Origin: a virus | Lineage: Duplodnaviria; Caudoviricetes | IMG/VR virus record: IMGVR_UViG_3300030037_000041 | Length of the DNA: 36,261 nucleotides | Direction: 5' to 3' (one strand) | Shown: positions 17,978 to 26,247 of the stretch, one piece after another | Layout of the letters: every line of letters begins with the position of its first letter | Position numbering within the stretch: position 1 is the stretch's first letter | The notes under the pieces: model-generated | What the model saw: only the letters and a program-made list of their open reading frames with translations | Database searches by the model: none | Told to the model about the DNA's origin: nothing | Translations under genes and position numbers: made by a program

Positions 17978-19192
17978 ATGCCTGCAAAATACGGCTCATT
18001 AGCATTTCAAGAAGCGATTGATTTCTTTCGTGACAAAGTTCGTGTGCCAACGGCAGCGTGGACAGATATTTGGGAAGGCCAACATGCTCGGGCATTTACT
18101 ATTGCCGGGGCGATGAAAGATGATATTTTACTGGATTTTCAAACCGCCCTGGATAAAAGCATTGCTGATGGTGGCAGCTTAAGAGATTTTCGTAAAGATT
18201 TTGATAGCATTGTCGATAAGCATGGCTGGGGCTATAACGGTGGCCGAGATTGGCGAACGCGAGTAATCTACGAAACAAATCTATATCAGGCGCATAACTC
18301 AGGTCGCTACACTCAAATGCAGAAAGTGAAGCGGTCGCGTCCTTATTGGCGTTACCGTCATAATGATGCGGTAGAGCATCCGAGGCCAGAGCACCTAGCG
18401 TGGGATGGTTTGATATTAAGTGCAGAGGACCCATTTTGGGATACGCATTTCCCAGCTAATGGGTGGGGGTGTAAGTGTTTCGTCCAGAGCCTAAACGAGC
18501 GTGACATTAACAAGTTGGGTAAAACCATCCCAGACAAAGCGCCCGCTATTAAATATGAAGAAAAAACAGTCGGTATTAGAGGTCCGTCACCCAGAAAAGT
18601 AAAAGTGCCCCAAGGTATTGACCCCGGCTTTGCCTATAATCCCGGCAAGGCTGCTTTTGGAGAAGCGCTGTCTGATGATGTAATGGCTGAGTGGAAAAAA
18701 ACCAAGAATGCGTGGCAGCCGCTAAATACTGCTGGTTGGGCAGAAGCTGGGCGTCCAAAGCAGATACCCCTGAATGCTACTCCAGTGAAGCTGGCTGCAA
18801 GACTAAAAACAAAAGCAGAGGTGTTGGAGCTGCTGCAAAAACAGCAAGGCGATCAGAAATTGTATTCGCCAGGTGGTATTCCGGTCACCGTCAGGTCTAA
18901 ACAACTCGCTAGTCATATTGATCCAAACCGCTCAGAGTATTTACCATTGATTGATGATCTATTAACAAATCCATATGAAGTCTGGCTGTCTTTCGAGAAG
19001 CACAAAGGCACGGGGAAAATCAACTTGCGCGCAAGATTTATCAAAGGTTATGAGTTTAAGAAAGGTAAGTTTGTATTGTTGGTAGCCAACGCGAGAAAGG
19101 GACAGCTAGAAGGTTTTACCTTTATACCAACATCAGATAATAAGTATATCCAGAACCAGCGTTTAGGAGAATTGGTGTATGGGGATGAATAA
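17978..19192 (+). CDS. Head morphogenesis protein MuF (gp30) with C-terminal PBECR-like nuclease extension
   Basis: RAFTIAG, RPYWRY, RPEHLAWDG and PANGWGCKC; tail HIDPNRSEYLPLIDDLLTNPYEVW...FTFIP...QRLG. Confidence 0.85.
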   Translation: MPAKYGSLAFQEAIDFFRDKVRVPTAAWTDIWEGQHARAFTIAGAMKDDILLDFQTALDKSIADGGSLRDFRKDFDSIVDKHGWGYNGGRDWRTRVIYETNLYQAHNSGRYTQMQKVKRSRPYWRYRHNDAVEHPRPEHLAWDGLILSAEDPFWDTHFPANGWGCKCFVQSLNERDINKLGKTIPDKAPAIKYEEKTVGIRGPSPRKVKVPQGIDPGFAYNPGKAAFGEALSDDVMAEWKKTKNAWQPLNTAGWAEAGRPKQIPLNATPVKLAARLKTKAEVLELLQKQQGDQKLYSPGGIPVTVRSKQLASHIDPNRSEYLPLIDDLLTNPYEVWLSFEKHKGTGKINLRARFIKGYEFKKGKFVLLVANARKGQLEGFTFIPTSDNKYIQNQRLGELVYGDE

Positions 19193-19291
19193 TAGAATAG
19201 GGCCCTCGCTCCCAACGTACCAGGCGGGCGGGCTTTCAATGCTATGGGTGTACGCACCAGCATATCAGCCGAACCTTCATAGTAAAGCGTA

Positions 19292-19732
19292 ATGGCTGGC
19301 GCATCAATAAGTATTAACGCAGAGTTTAACGATCAACAAGTGGTAGATGCGTTCAGGCGTTTGGTAGACAAGGCTGAAAACTTAGAACCTGTGTTTGCAG
19401 ATATTGGTGAAGCACTATTAAATAGTCACCGTGATCGTTGGGACCGGCAAGAGTCGCCCGATGGCGAACCGTGGGCTAAGCTAGATCCGAAATATCAGGC
19501 ACGTAAGAAAAAGAACGCGGGGAAAGTTCTTGTATTGGAAGGGTTAATGCGTGACACACTGGCTTACAACGTAAGCGCCTCAAGGCTAGAGCTGGGAACA
19601 AACTTTGTCCAGGGCGCAACACACCAATTCGGCGATAAAAGCCGTGGTATACCAGCGAGACCTTTTCTAGGTATAAGCGATGAAGATGAAGTTGAAATAT
19701 TAGAAATATTGCGCGATCATTTTACCTTGTAA
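19292..19732 (+). CDS. Virion morphogenesis protein gpG (gp31)
   Basis: SPDGEPW, GTN...ATHQFG and IPARPFLG. Confidence 0.92.
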   Translation: MAGASISINAEFNDQQVVDAFRRLVDKAENLEPVFADIGEALLNSHRDRWDRQESPDGEPWAKLDPKYQARKKKNAGKVLVLEGLMRDTLAYNVSASRLELGTNFVQGATHQFGDKSRGIPARPFLGISDEDEVEILEILRDHFTL

Positions 19733-19787
19733 AAGTGATGGCTTGCCTTAGATGGTAATTGAAGTTAATCTAATTTAAGGCGTGAGC

Positions 19788-19839
19788 AAAAAACCCTGAA
19801 ACTCTTCAGGGTTTTTTTGTGCCTTGCATACTGTAATTT
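19788..19839 (+). promoter_or_regulatory. Late (PI-like) promoter with Mor/C-type dyad; may double as a terminator
   Basis: AAAAAACCCTGAA-ACTC-TTCAGGGTTTTTT, then -10-like TAATTT at 19834. Confidence 0.7.
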
Positions 19840-19845
19840 ACGCTC

Positions 19846-20922
19846 ATGACTATACGCAAGAGCCCCTCACAGACAACCGCAATCGCAGTTTGCAGTTTTG
19901 CCATTAAACCAGGTAACGCTTTGCAGATTTTTCCTGCGTCTGATTTTCGTGGTTCTAGCGGTCGACCTCTTGGTTTAAAGTCGTGGAAAATTAATGGCGA
20001 CATTGCACAAAAAATAATCACTCTCGTGGCTGCAAAAGCTAACGACCTACTGATTGATTACGAACACCAAACATTAGAAACCGAAAACAACGGCCAAGAA
20101 GCCCCCGCGTCTGGCTGGATAAAGCGCGCGTCGCTTGAATGGCGTGAAGGTGAAGGTTTATTTGCTAACGACTACAAGTGGACGGCAAAAGCTAAAGGCT
20201 ATATCGATGGCGATGAATACCGCTATCTATCCCCCGTTTTCTCATACAACAAAAAAACTGGCGAAATTATCGACCTGCTGCATATCGGCTTAGTAAATAC
20301 CGCTGATATCGATGGCATGGATCAAGTGGCCGCCGCTAAATTTTCCAACCAACCCAATAATCAGGAGATCCAAATGGATGAAGAGCTGAAGAAATTACTG
20401 GGGCTAAGCAAAGACGCGACACAGGAAGAAGTGATCGCAGCTTGTAAAGCTATCCAGGATAAAAACGAAGCGAACGAAACAGAAATTGTCGCATTAAAAG
20501 CAAAAGTGCAAGAAGGCAACACGGAAGTGGCTGCGTTAAAAGCAACATCAGGCATAGTCGACCCGGCTAAATTCACCCCCAATGAAGTGGTTGAAGAGCT
20601 GAAAACACAGGTAGCAGCACTCAAGCTATCGGTTGATAAAGGCGAAGTTGATGACCTAGTAACGGTTGCATTGAAAAACGGCCAACTCATTCCTGCGCAA
20701 GAAAAATGGGCGCGTGACCTTGCAAAGCAGCACGGCGTTGCCGCGCTAAAAAGTTATGTCGATTCAGCGCCAGAAATTGCCGCTTTAAAAGGCCAGCAAA
20801 CCGATGGCCGCACGTTTGATAAAGATGGCAAAGCAACCTTGACGGCAGATGAAATTGCAATTTGTAAGCAGCTGAACATCTCGGAAGACGATTACGCAAA
20901 CTCACTAGAGGATGAAAAATAA
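19846..20922 (+). CDS. Prohead protease I (gp32)
   Basis: IDYEHQT, APASGW and EYRYLSPVF. Confidence 0.93.
   Translation: MTIRKSPSQTTAIAVCSFAIKPGNALQIFPASDFRGSSGRPLGLKSWKINGDIAQKIITLVAAKANDLLIDYEHQTLETENNGQEAPASGWIKRASLEWREGEGLFANDYKWTAKAKGYIDGDEYRYLSPVFSYNKKTGEIIDLLHIGLVNTADIDGMDQVAAAKFSNQPNNQEIQMDEELKKLLGLSKDATQEEVIAACKAIQDKNEANETEIVALKAKVQEGNTEVAALKATSGIVDPAKFTPNEVVEELKTQVAALKLSVDKGEVDDLVTVALKNGQLIPAQEKWARDLAKQHGVAALKSYVDSAPEIAALKGQQTDGRTFDKDGKATLTADEIAICKQLNISEDDYANSLEDEK
20374..20922 (+). CDS. In-frame internal scaffold protein (gpZ-like)
   Basis: AGGAG at 20363-20367 and an in-frame ATG at 20374, as in Mu I/Z. Confidence 0.7.
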   Translation: MDEELKKLLGLSKDATQEEVIAACKAIQDKNEANETEIVALKAKVQEGNTEVAALKATSGIVDPAKFTPNEVVEELKTQVAALKLSVDKGEVDDLVTVALKNGQLIPAQEKWARDLAKQHGVAALKSYVDSAPEIAALKGQQTDGRTFDKDGKATLTADEIAICKQLNISEDDYANSLEDEK

Positions 20923-21323
20923 TGACTGCTCTAAATAAAGATAGAAACACGGCCAAGCGTGCGGGAGCGGTTCATAACGACCCTGTAGCAGCCAGCGCCA
21001 CCATTTTTGCCGGTTCCATTACGGTGCTAAATGCTACTGGATATGCCGCCCCTGGCACAACCGCGATAGGTTTAACAGCTCGCGGACTTTGTCAGAAACA
21101 AGTTGATAACAGCGCCGGTGCCGATGGTGATTTAGCCGTTGATACGCAGCCAGGCATTTATCAATTAGCGAATGACGGTTCAGTCACACGTACTGACATT
21201 GGCGGTACAGCGTACATCGTTGATGACCAAACGGTTGCTAATACAGACGGCACAAATACTCGTTCAGCAGCGGGAATAATCACAGACGTAGATGCCGATG
21301 GTGTCTGGGTTCAAATCGGTTAA
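20922..21323 (+). CDS. Head decoration (cement-like) protein
   Basis: Gly/Ala-rich, YIVDDQTV...GVWV; lies between the protease and capsid genes. Confidence 0.7.
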   Translation: MTALNKDRNTAKRAGAVHNDPVAASATIFAGSITVLNATGYAAPGTTAIGLTARGLCQKQVDNSAGADGDLAVDTQPGIYQLANDGSVTRTDIGGTAYIVDDQTVANTDGTNTRSAAGIITDVDADGVWVQIG

Positions 21324-21335
21324 TCGGAGAAATTC

Positions 21336-22382
21336 ATGAAAAAAATTAAATATGTTATTTGGTCGCTACTAGCTTGCATTGTAATAGCTGCATGCGCGGG
21401 GCCAGTTTTCGCATCACCAGAAATGGGGGTGGGTGCGGTTCCGCTTGAAATGGGTTCGGCCATTGGCATGCTCGGTATGCTGGTTAACAGTGCATCCATT
21501 AAGACCATTTTTACCGGCCTTAAAACGATCTTTAATCAGGCGTTAAAGGCTAAAACAGGTGAGTGGCAAAAAACCACCATGGAAGTGCCGTCAAGCGCCG
21601 CTGGGGAAGATTACGCTTGGTTGTCACGTTTCCCTCGCTTTCGCAAATGGGTGGGTGATAAGCAGATTAAAAATATTGCCGCTGGCAAGTACTACGTTAA
21701 AAACGAAGACTGGGAAGCAACGGTTGCAGTAGATCGTAATCATATTGAAGACGATCGATTGGGTATCTATAACATTCAGGCGCAATCAGCCGGTGATTCA
21801 GCTGCTGAGTTACACGATATTATTTCTGATGATTTAAAGAATAATGCGTTTGTAAACACTTGCCTCGATGGCCAGTACTTCTATGACACAGATCATGACG
21901 TTAACGGTGCATCAGTCAGCAATAAAATGACCAAAGCCTTATCGAATGCAACATTGGCATTAGCCGAGGCAAGCATTGGCGCGGCACGTGTGGCCATCGG
22001 TAAATTGACGGACGAAGAAGGTGCGCCTTTACGCATGAAAGCAGACTTGCTTGAAGTGCCCCCTGCGCTGGAAACGATAGCGAACATGTTGGCTAATTCA
22101 GACAAATTAGCGGATGACACGCCCAACCCATATAAGGGCACGTTCACCGTATTAGTAAACCCTGGTCTGGTAAGTGATACCGCTTGGTTCCTACACGTGA
22201 CCACCAATGTGGTTAAGCCTTTCATTGTTCAAATGCGTAAGCGCCCTGTGTTTGTTAACCAAACGAGTATGGAAAACGACGATGTATTCAATAAGCGTGA
22301 ATACAAGTTTGGGGCCGAAGCGCGAGCAACCGGTGCTTATGGCCTATGGCAGTTAAGTCACGGTTCCACGGGTACGACTTAA
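21336..22382 (+). CDS. Major capsid protein gpT with hydrophobic N-terminal extension
   Basis: EDYAWL, WVGDK, VDRNHIEDD, DGQYFYDTDH and KPFIVQ; the Mu-like core begins at MLVN (21477). Confidence 0.93.
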   Translation: MKKIKYVIWSLLACIVIAACAGPVFASPEMGVGAVPLEMGSAIGMLGMLVNSASIKTIFTGLKTIFNQALKAKTGEWQKTTMEVPSSAAGEDYAWLSRFPRFRKWVGDKQIKNIAAGKYYVKNEDWEATVAVDRNHIEDDRLGIYNIQAQSAGDSAAELHDIISDDLKNNAFVNTCLDGQYFYDTDHDVNGASVSNKMTKALSNATLALAEASIGAARVAIGKLTDEEGAPLRMKADLLEVPPALETIANMLANSDKLADDTPNPYKGTFTVLVNPGLVSDTAWFLHVTTNVVKPFIVQMRKRPVFVNQTSMENDDVFNKREYKFGAEARATGAYGLWQLSHGSTGTT

Positions 22383-22400
22383 TCGTTAACCGGTAAATCA

Positions 22401-22428
22401 ACGGGCGGTATGACACCGCCCGTCTTTT
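22401..22428 (+). terminator. Rho-independent terminator after the capsid gene
   Basis: ACGGGCGGT-ATGAC-ACCGCCCGT followed by CTTTT. Confidence 0.7.
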
Positions 22429-22448
22429 AAATCTAGAGGACTAAGATT

Positions 22449-22724
22449 ATGACGTCAAGAAGCCCAAAACCAGCGACTAAAAAAGTTAACCAGGTAACGG
22501 ATGATTCTAAGGTGACTAAAGCACCAGAAGCACCAGAAGCTAAAGAGGTAGATGTTTTATTCATCCAATCAAAAGGTGAACGCTTTAGACGCTGTGGCCG
22601 TGAGTTCAATAAAAACGGCGAAGGCATCCCATTGGATAGCTTAACCGAAGAAGAAATTGCCACGTTAGAAAGCGAGCCGCAGCTAAGCTGCCAACGTACG
22701 ACGGCTGAAAAAGCGGCTGAATAA
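22449..22724 (+). CDS. Mu gp35 / HI1506-like protein
   Basis: FRRCGREF...LESEPQL. Confidence 0.8.
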   Translation: MTSRSPKPATKKVNQVTDDSKVTKAPEAPEAKEVDVLFIQSKGERFRRCGREFNKNGEGIPLDSLTEEEIATLESEPQLSCQRTTAEKAAE

Positions 22725-23143
22725 TGAGTTATTGCACGCTACAGGATCTACGTGATCGATACGGTGATGATGAGCTGATACAGCTCACAGATCGCACCAA
22801 TATCGGCACGATCAATGAATCGGTTGTTAACCGCGCCGTTGCCGATGCAGACGGTGAAATTGATGGTTATTTAGGTGGTCGTTTCAATGTTCCAGCAGAT
22901 CCGATCACTAAATCATTAGTCCGTGTAGCGTGCGACATTTCTCGTTATTACTTATATGACGACGGTGCAACTGAGGCAGTTGTCCGTCGTTATAACGATG
23001 CGGTGAAGTTCGTTAAATCAATCGGCAAAGGCGAAATATCCATCGGTGTGGATGCTGCTGGCGAAGCTCAAGAAAGCGAAAGCCTAGCCATTATGCAATC
23101 AGGCGGCAGTGTGTTTAACCGCAAAGACAAGAGCTTTATCTGA
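22724..23143 (+). CDS. Head-tail connector gp36 (DUF1320)
   Basis: MSYCT...ELIQLTD...EIDGYL...CDISRYYL. Confidence 0.9.
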   Translation: MSYCTLQDLRDRYGDDELIQLTDRTNIGTINESVVNRAVADADGEIDGYLGGRFNVPADPITKSLVRVACDISRYYLYDDGATEAVVRRYNDAVKFVKSIGKGEISIGVDAAGEAQESESLAIMQSGGSVFNRKDKSFI

Positions 23144-23700
23144 TGAGTATAGTCGCTGTTGAGGATCACTTGATCAGTAAAACCAAAGCAATGTTTGGCG
23201 GCTATTTGAATAAGGTTCAAGTGTTACCTAACGCACTTAATTTAGGTGTTTTGAAAACCATGTTGCCCGCTGCACCAGCGGTTTATTTTGCGTTTCTTGG
23301 TGGGAGCGCCGGCGAAGGTGACGCAAGAATAAATGGGCGTTTTGATGCCTACGTAATCACGCGACATGTAGGCAATGATGAGGCCCGTAGGCGCGGTGAC
23401 AGCACTACTATTGGGGCTTATGACATTATTCAAGGACTGATACCAGAATTGCACGGGAGCACGGTTGATGGTGTTGGGACTCTACAGTTTAAGAGCGTGA
23501 GTAATCTTTTCTCAATCCAGCTGGAAGAAACATTTAAGGCTGCATTTTATGCGCTAAGTTTTGAACTTCCAAATATGCCATTTCCAGATGTCGTTGATGA
23601 CACGCTGGAAAACTTTATCACCTACCACGCAGAACACTCAATGACCGAGGGCGATAAAGAGCCACTGGCCATTGATGAATTAACTTTACCTCAAGAATAG
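23143..23700 (+). CDS. Mu gp37-like tail terminator (DUF1834)
   Basis: PAVYFAFLGG motif and synteny. Confidence 0.75.
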   Translation: MSIVAVEDHLISKTKAMFGGYLNKVQVLPNALNLGVLKTMLPAAPAVYFAFLGGSAGEGDARINGRFDAYVITRHVGNDEARRRGDSTTIGAYDIIQGLIPELHGSTVDGVGTLQFKSVSNLFSIQLEETFKAAFYALSFELPNMPFPDVVDDTLENFITYHAEHSMTEGDKEPLAIDELTLPQE

Positions 23701-23709
23701 GAACCCAAT

Positions 23710-23901
23710 ATGAGCAAGCAAGATGGAAAGATTTTTGTAAAACCCACCAACCCAAAAGTGATGGTTCGCAACCCTGAACGTGGTGGTCACTTAAACAGCG
23801 ACGGCGAATATGTGCCTAAAAATGCTTATTGGCAACGTCGTATCAACGATGGCGATATCGCTGAAGCAAAACCATCCACTAAAAAAAGTATTAAGGAGTA
23901 A
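23710..23901 (+). CDS. Mu gp38-like (DUF2635)
   Basis: VRNP...GEYVP...YWQRRINDGD. Confidence 0.88.
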   Translation: MSKQDGKIFVKPTNPKVMVRNPERGGHLNSDGEYVPKNAYWQRRINDGDIAEAKPSTKKSIKE

Positions 23902-23904
23902 ACC

Positions 23905-25371
23905 ATGCCTATTTCATTTAATGAAATCCCCGCCGCACTTCGTATCCCTGGTACGTATGTTGAATTTGATAACCGCCTTGCCGGTAATGCAGCCATTGAT
24001 TTTAAAGTATTGGTTATTGGCCAACGTTTAGCTGCCGGTAGCGTAGCCGCGGGCATTGCGACACGCGTTAATACACAAGAGCAAGCCGAGGAGTACTTTG
24101 GCCGCGGTTCAATGCTTGCCGAACAAATTAAAGCGATTAAAAACGCTGAACAATTTATTGAAACCTATGCCATTGCACTGGATGAAGATGGCGCAGGTGC
24201 TGAAGCAGCTGGCACCCTGACCGCTACCGGCCCGGCAACCGCAAATGGAACGTTGGCTATTTATATAGGTGGAACCCGTGTGTTAGTGGGCGTTCAATCC
24301 GGCGATGTGCAAGATGATATTGCCACCGCAATAGCGGCTGCGATAAATGCCGACACTACATTATCGGTTACAGCCGTTGTCAACGGTGTTACCACCAATC
24401 AAGTGGATATCACGTGCCGTTGGAAAGGTGAAACCGGTAACGACATCGATCTGCGAATGAATTACTTTGACGAGTCAATACCAGAAGGTGTTGGCGTAAC
24501 CATCGTAGCGATGGCCGGTGGAGCAACAAACCCAGATATCAGCACCACCATCGCCGCATTAGGCGACGAATGGTACAACTGGATGGTAATGCCGTTTACC
24601 GATGCGGCCAATTTAACCTTGCTCGATGCTGAACTCGATTCACGTTGGGGGCCTATGCGTCAAATCGGCGCACGTGCTTTTACTGCATATCGTGGGTCAC
24701 ACGCGGTTAGCGGCACCTTTGGCAATACACGCAACAACCCACATGTGACATGCATGGCGACCAATACATCGCCACAGCCTCCTTATATATGGGCGAGTGT
24801 GAATGCGATTATTGGCGCCAAGTACTTGTCGATTGACCCAGCGCGTCCTTTGCAACGTTTAAAGCTCACAGGCATTAAAGCCCCGGTTAAAGAAATTCGC
24901 TGGACAGACACTGAGCGCAACCAATTATTGTTTGATGGTATTGCTACTTACACCGTTGCACACGATGGCAGCGTGATAATCGAGCGTCAAATTACGATGT
25001 ATCAAAAGAATGCGTCCGGCATTTCGGATGATTCATATCTCGATATCAACACACCGGAAACCTTAGAGCGCATTCGCTTTGAGCAACGTGCCATGTTTGC
25101 TCAAAAATACCCACGCCACAAATTGGCTGAAGACAGTATGCGTGTTGCGCCTGGTCAAGCGATTATGCAGCCGAAAATCGCAAAGTCTGAATTGTTGGTG
25201 CTGTACACCGAGATGGAACAAAAAGGCTGGGTGCAAGACTACGAAGGTTATAAAGAAGCCTTATTAACTGAGGTTGATGTTGATGATCGCTCGCGTTTAA
25301 ACATCTACGACTCACCGCAGTTGGTTGGCCAAATGCGCGTAACAGCAATTCATAACGAATTTCGTCGTTAG
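23905..25371 (+). CDS. Tail sheath protein gpL
   Basis: ISFNEIP...PGTYVEFD, FGRGSML, DPARPLQ and ERNQLLFDGI. Confidence 0.95.
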   Translation: MPISFNEIPAALRIPGTYVEFDNRLAGNAAIDFKVLVIGQRLAAGSVAAGIATRVNTQEQAEEYFGRGSMLAEQIKAIKNAEQFIETYAIALDEDGAGAEAAGTLTATGPATANGTLAIYIGGTRVLVGVQSGDVQDDIATAIAAAINADTTLSVTAVVNGVTTNQVDITCRWKGETGNDIDLRMNYFDESIPEGVGVTIVAMAGGATNPDISTTIAALGDEWYNWMVMPFTDAANLTLLDAELDSRWGPMRQIGARAFTAYRGSHAVSGTFGNTRNNPHVTCMATNTSPQPPYIWASVNAIIGAKYLSIDPARPLQRLKLTGIKAPVKEIRWTDTERNQLLFDGIATYTVAHDGSVIIERQITMYQKNASGISDDSYLDINTPETLERIRFEQRAMFAQKYPRHKLAEDSMRVAPGQAIMQPKIAKSELLVLYTEMEQKGWVQDYEGYKEALLTEVDVDDRSRLNIYDSPQLVGQMRVTAIHNEFRR

Positions 25372-25392
25372 ACAACAATAAGGAAAAAGATC

Positions 25393-25746
25393 ATGAGTGG
25401 ACAAATAACAGGAAAAGTCGTTATACGCGTTGACGGTGCTGTGTTACCGACTGAAAACAAAGCAACGCTTGCGGGGGCTGGTGTCACCAGAACCCCAGAA
25501 GCGCACGGTGGGAAGACTTACTTCAGCGAAGAAGAGACACCGCCATCGTTAGAAGCAACGGTGTTAATCACAAAGGATACGGATGTTTTTGCATTAAACA
25601 AAATCACCAATGCAACCGTGTTTTTTGAAGCCGATACAGGCCAGCAATACATTATGCGTAATGCGTTTACTACCGAGGTGGTGCCACACGATGGCAGCGG
25701 TAAAACGCCGTTAAAAATGTCGGCTGAAAGTGTGGATAAAATTTAA
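25393..25746 (+). CDS. Tail tube protein gpM
   Basis: 117 aa directly after the sheath; ITG...VDG. Confidence 0.85.
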   Translation: MSGQITGKVVIRVDGAVLPTENKATLAGAGVTRTPEAHGGKTYFSEEETPPSLEATVLITKDTDVFALNKITNATVFFEADTGQQYIMRNAFTTEVVPHDGSGKTPLKMSAESVDKI

Positions 25747-26135
25747 TGAGCATCGTTGAGGTTCCTCTAGAACACGGCCTTAAGCTAGGTGAAGCTATTT
25801 TAAAAGTAGCTACCTTACGTGAGTCCACTGCCGGTGATGTTATTGAAGCGCAGGAAGAAGCAGAGAAATTAATCATGGTACCGGATGAAAATGGTCAGCT
25901 TCAGCCGCAACTTGTGCCCAGCCCAACAATGGTGGGCGTACATGTGCTGAGGCGGCAAATTAAGTCGATCGATGATGTGTCTGGCCCGTTGTCATTGGAG
26001 CAATTAAAAACCCTGCACCCTGAAGACCTGAATGCCCTACAAAACATGGCCAATAAATTAGATCAGGCGGCAGAAGTCGTTGCGGAGGCAATAGAAACGC
26101 GGGGGCGATCTGATCAGTCTGGCGAAAACGCTTGA
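25746..26135 (+). CDS. Tail assembly chaperone (gp41)
   Basis: LEHGL...LRESTAGDVIEA; ends ETRGR at the slippery site. Confidence 0.85.
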   Translation: MSIVEVPLEHGLKLGEAILKVATLRESTAGDVIEAQEEAEKLIMVPDENGQLQPQLVPSPTMVGVHVLRRQIKSIDDVSGPLSLEQLKTLHPEDLNALQNMANKLDQAAEVVAEAIETRGRSDQSGENA

Positions 26136-26247
26136 TCGGTTAACACTGGTTATTGCCATTCGCACAGGCTGGCAGCAACAGCAGCTGCATAAACTGAGTA
26201 TTCGACGTTATTTAACTTATTTAGGGCATTTAAAAACAATTCAATGA
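26100..26247 (+). other. -2 programmed frameshift site and extension ORF (gp41.5-like)
   Basis: CGG GGG CGA at 26100-26108; the shifted frame reads GDLISLAKTLDRLTLVIAIRTGWQQQQLHKLSIRRYLTYLGHLKTIQ to TGA at 26245-26247. Confidence 0.8.
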
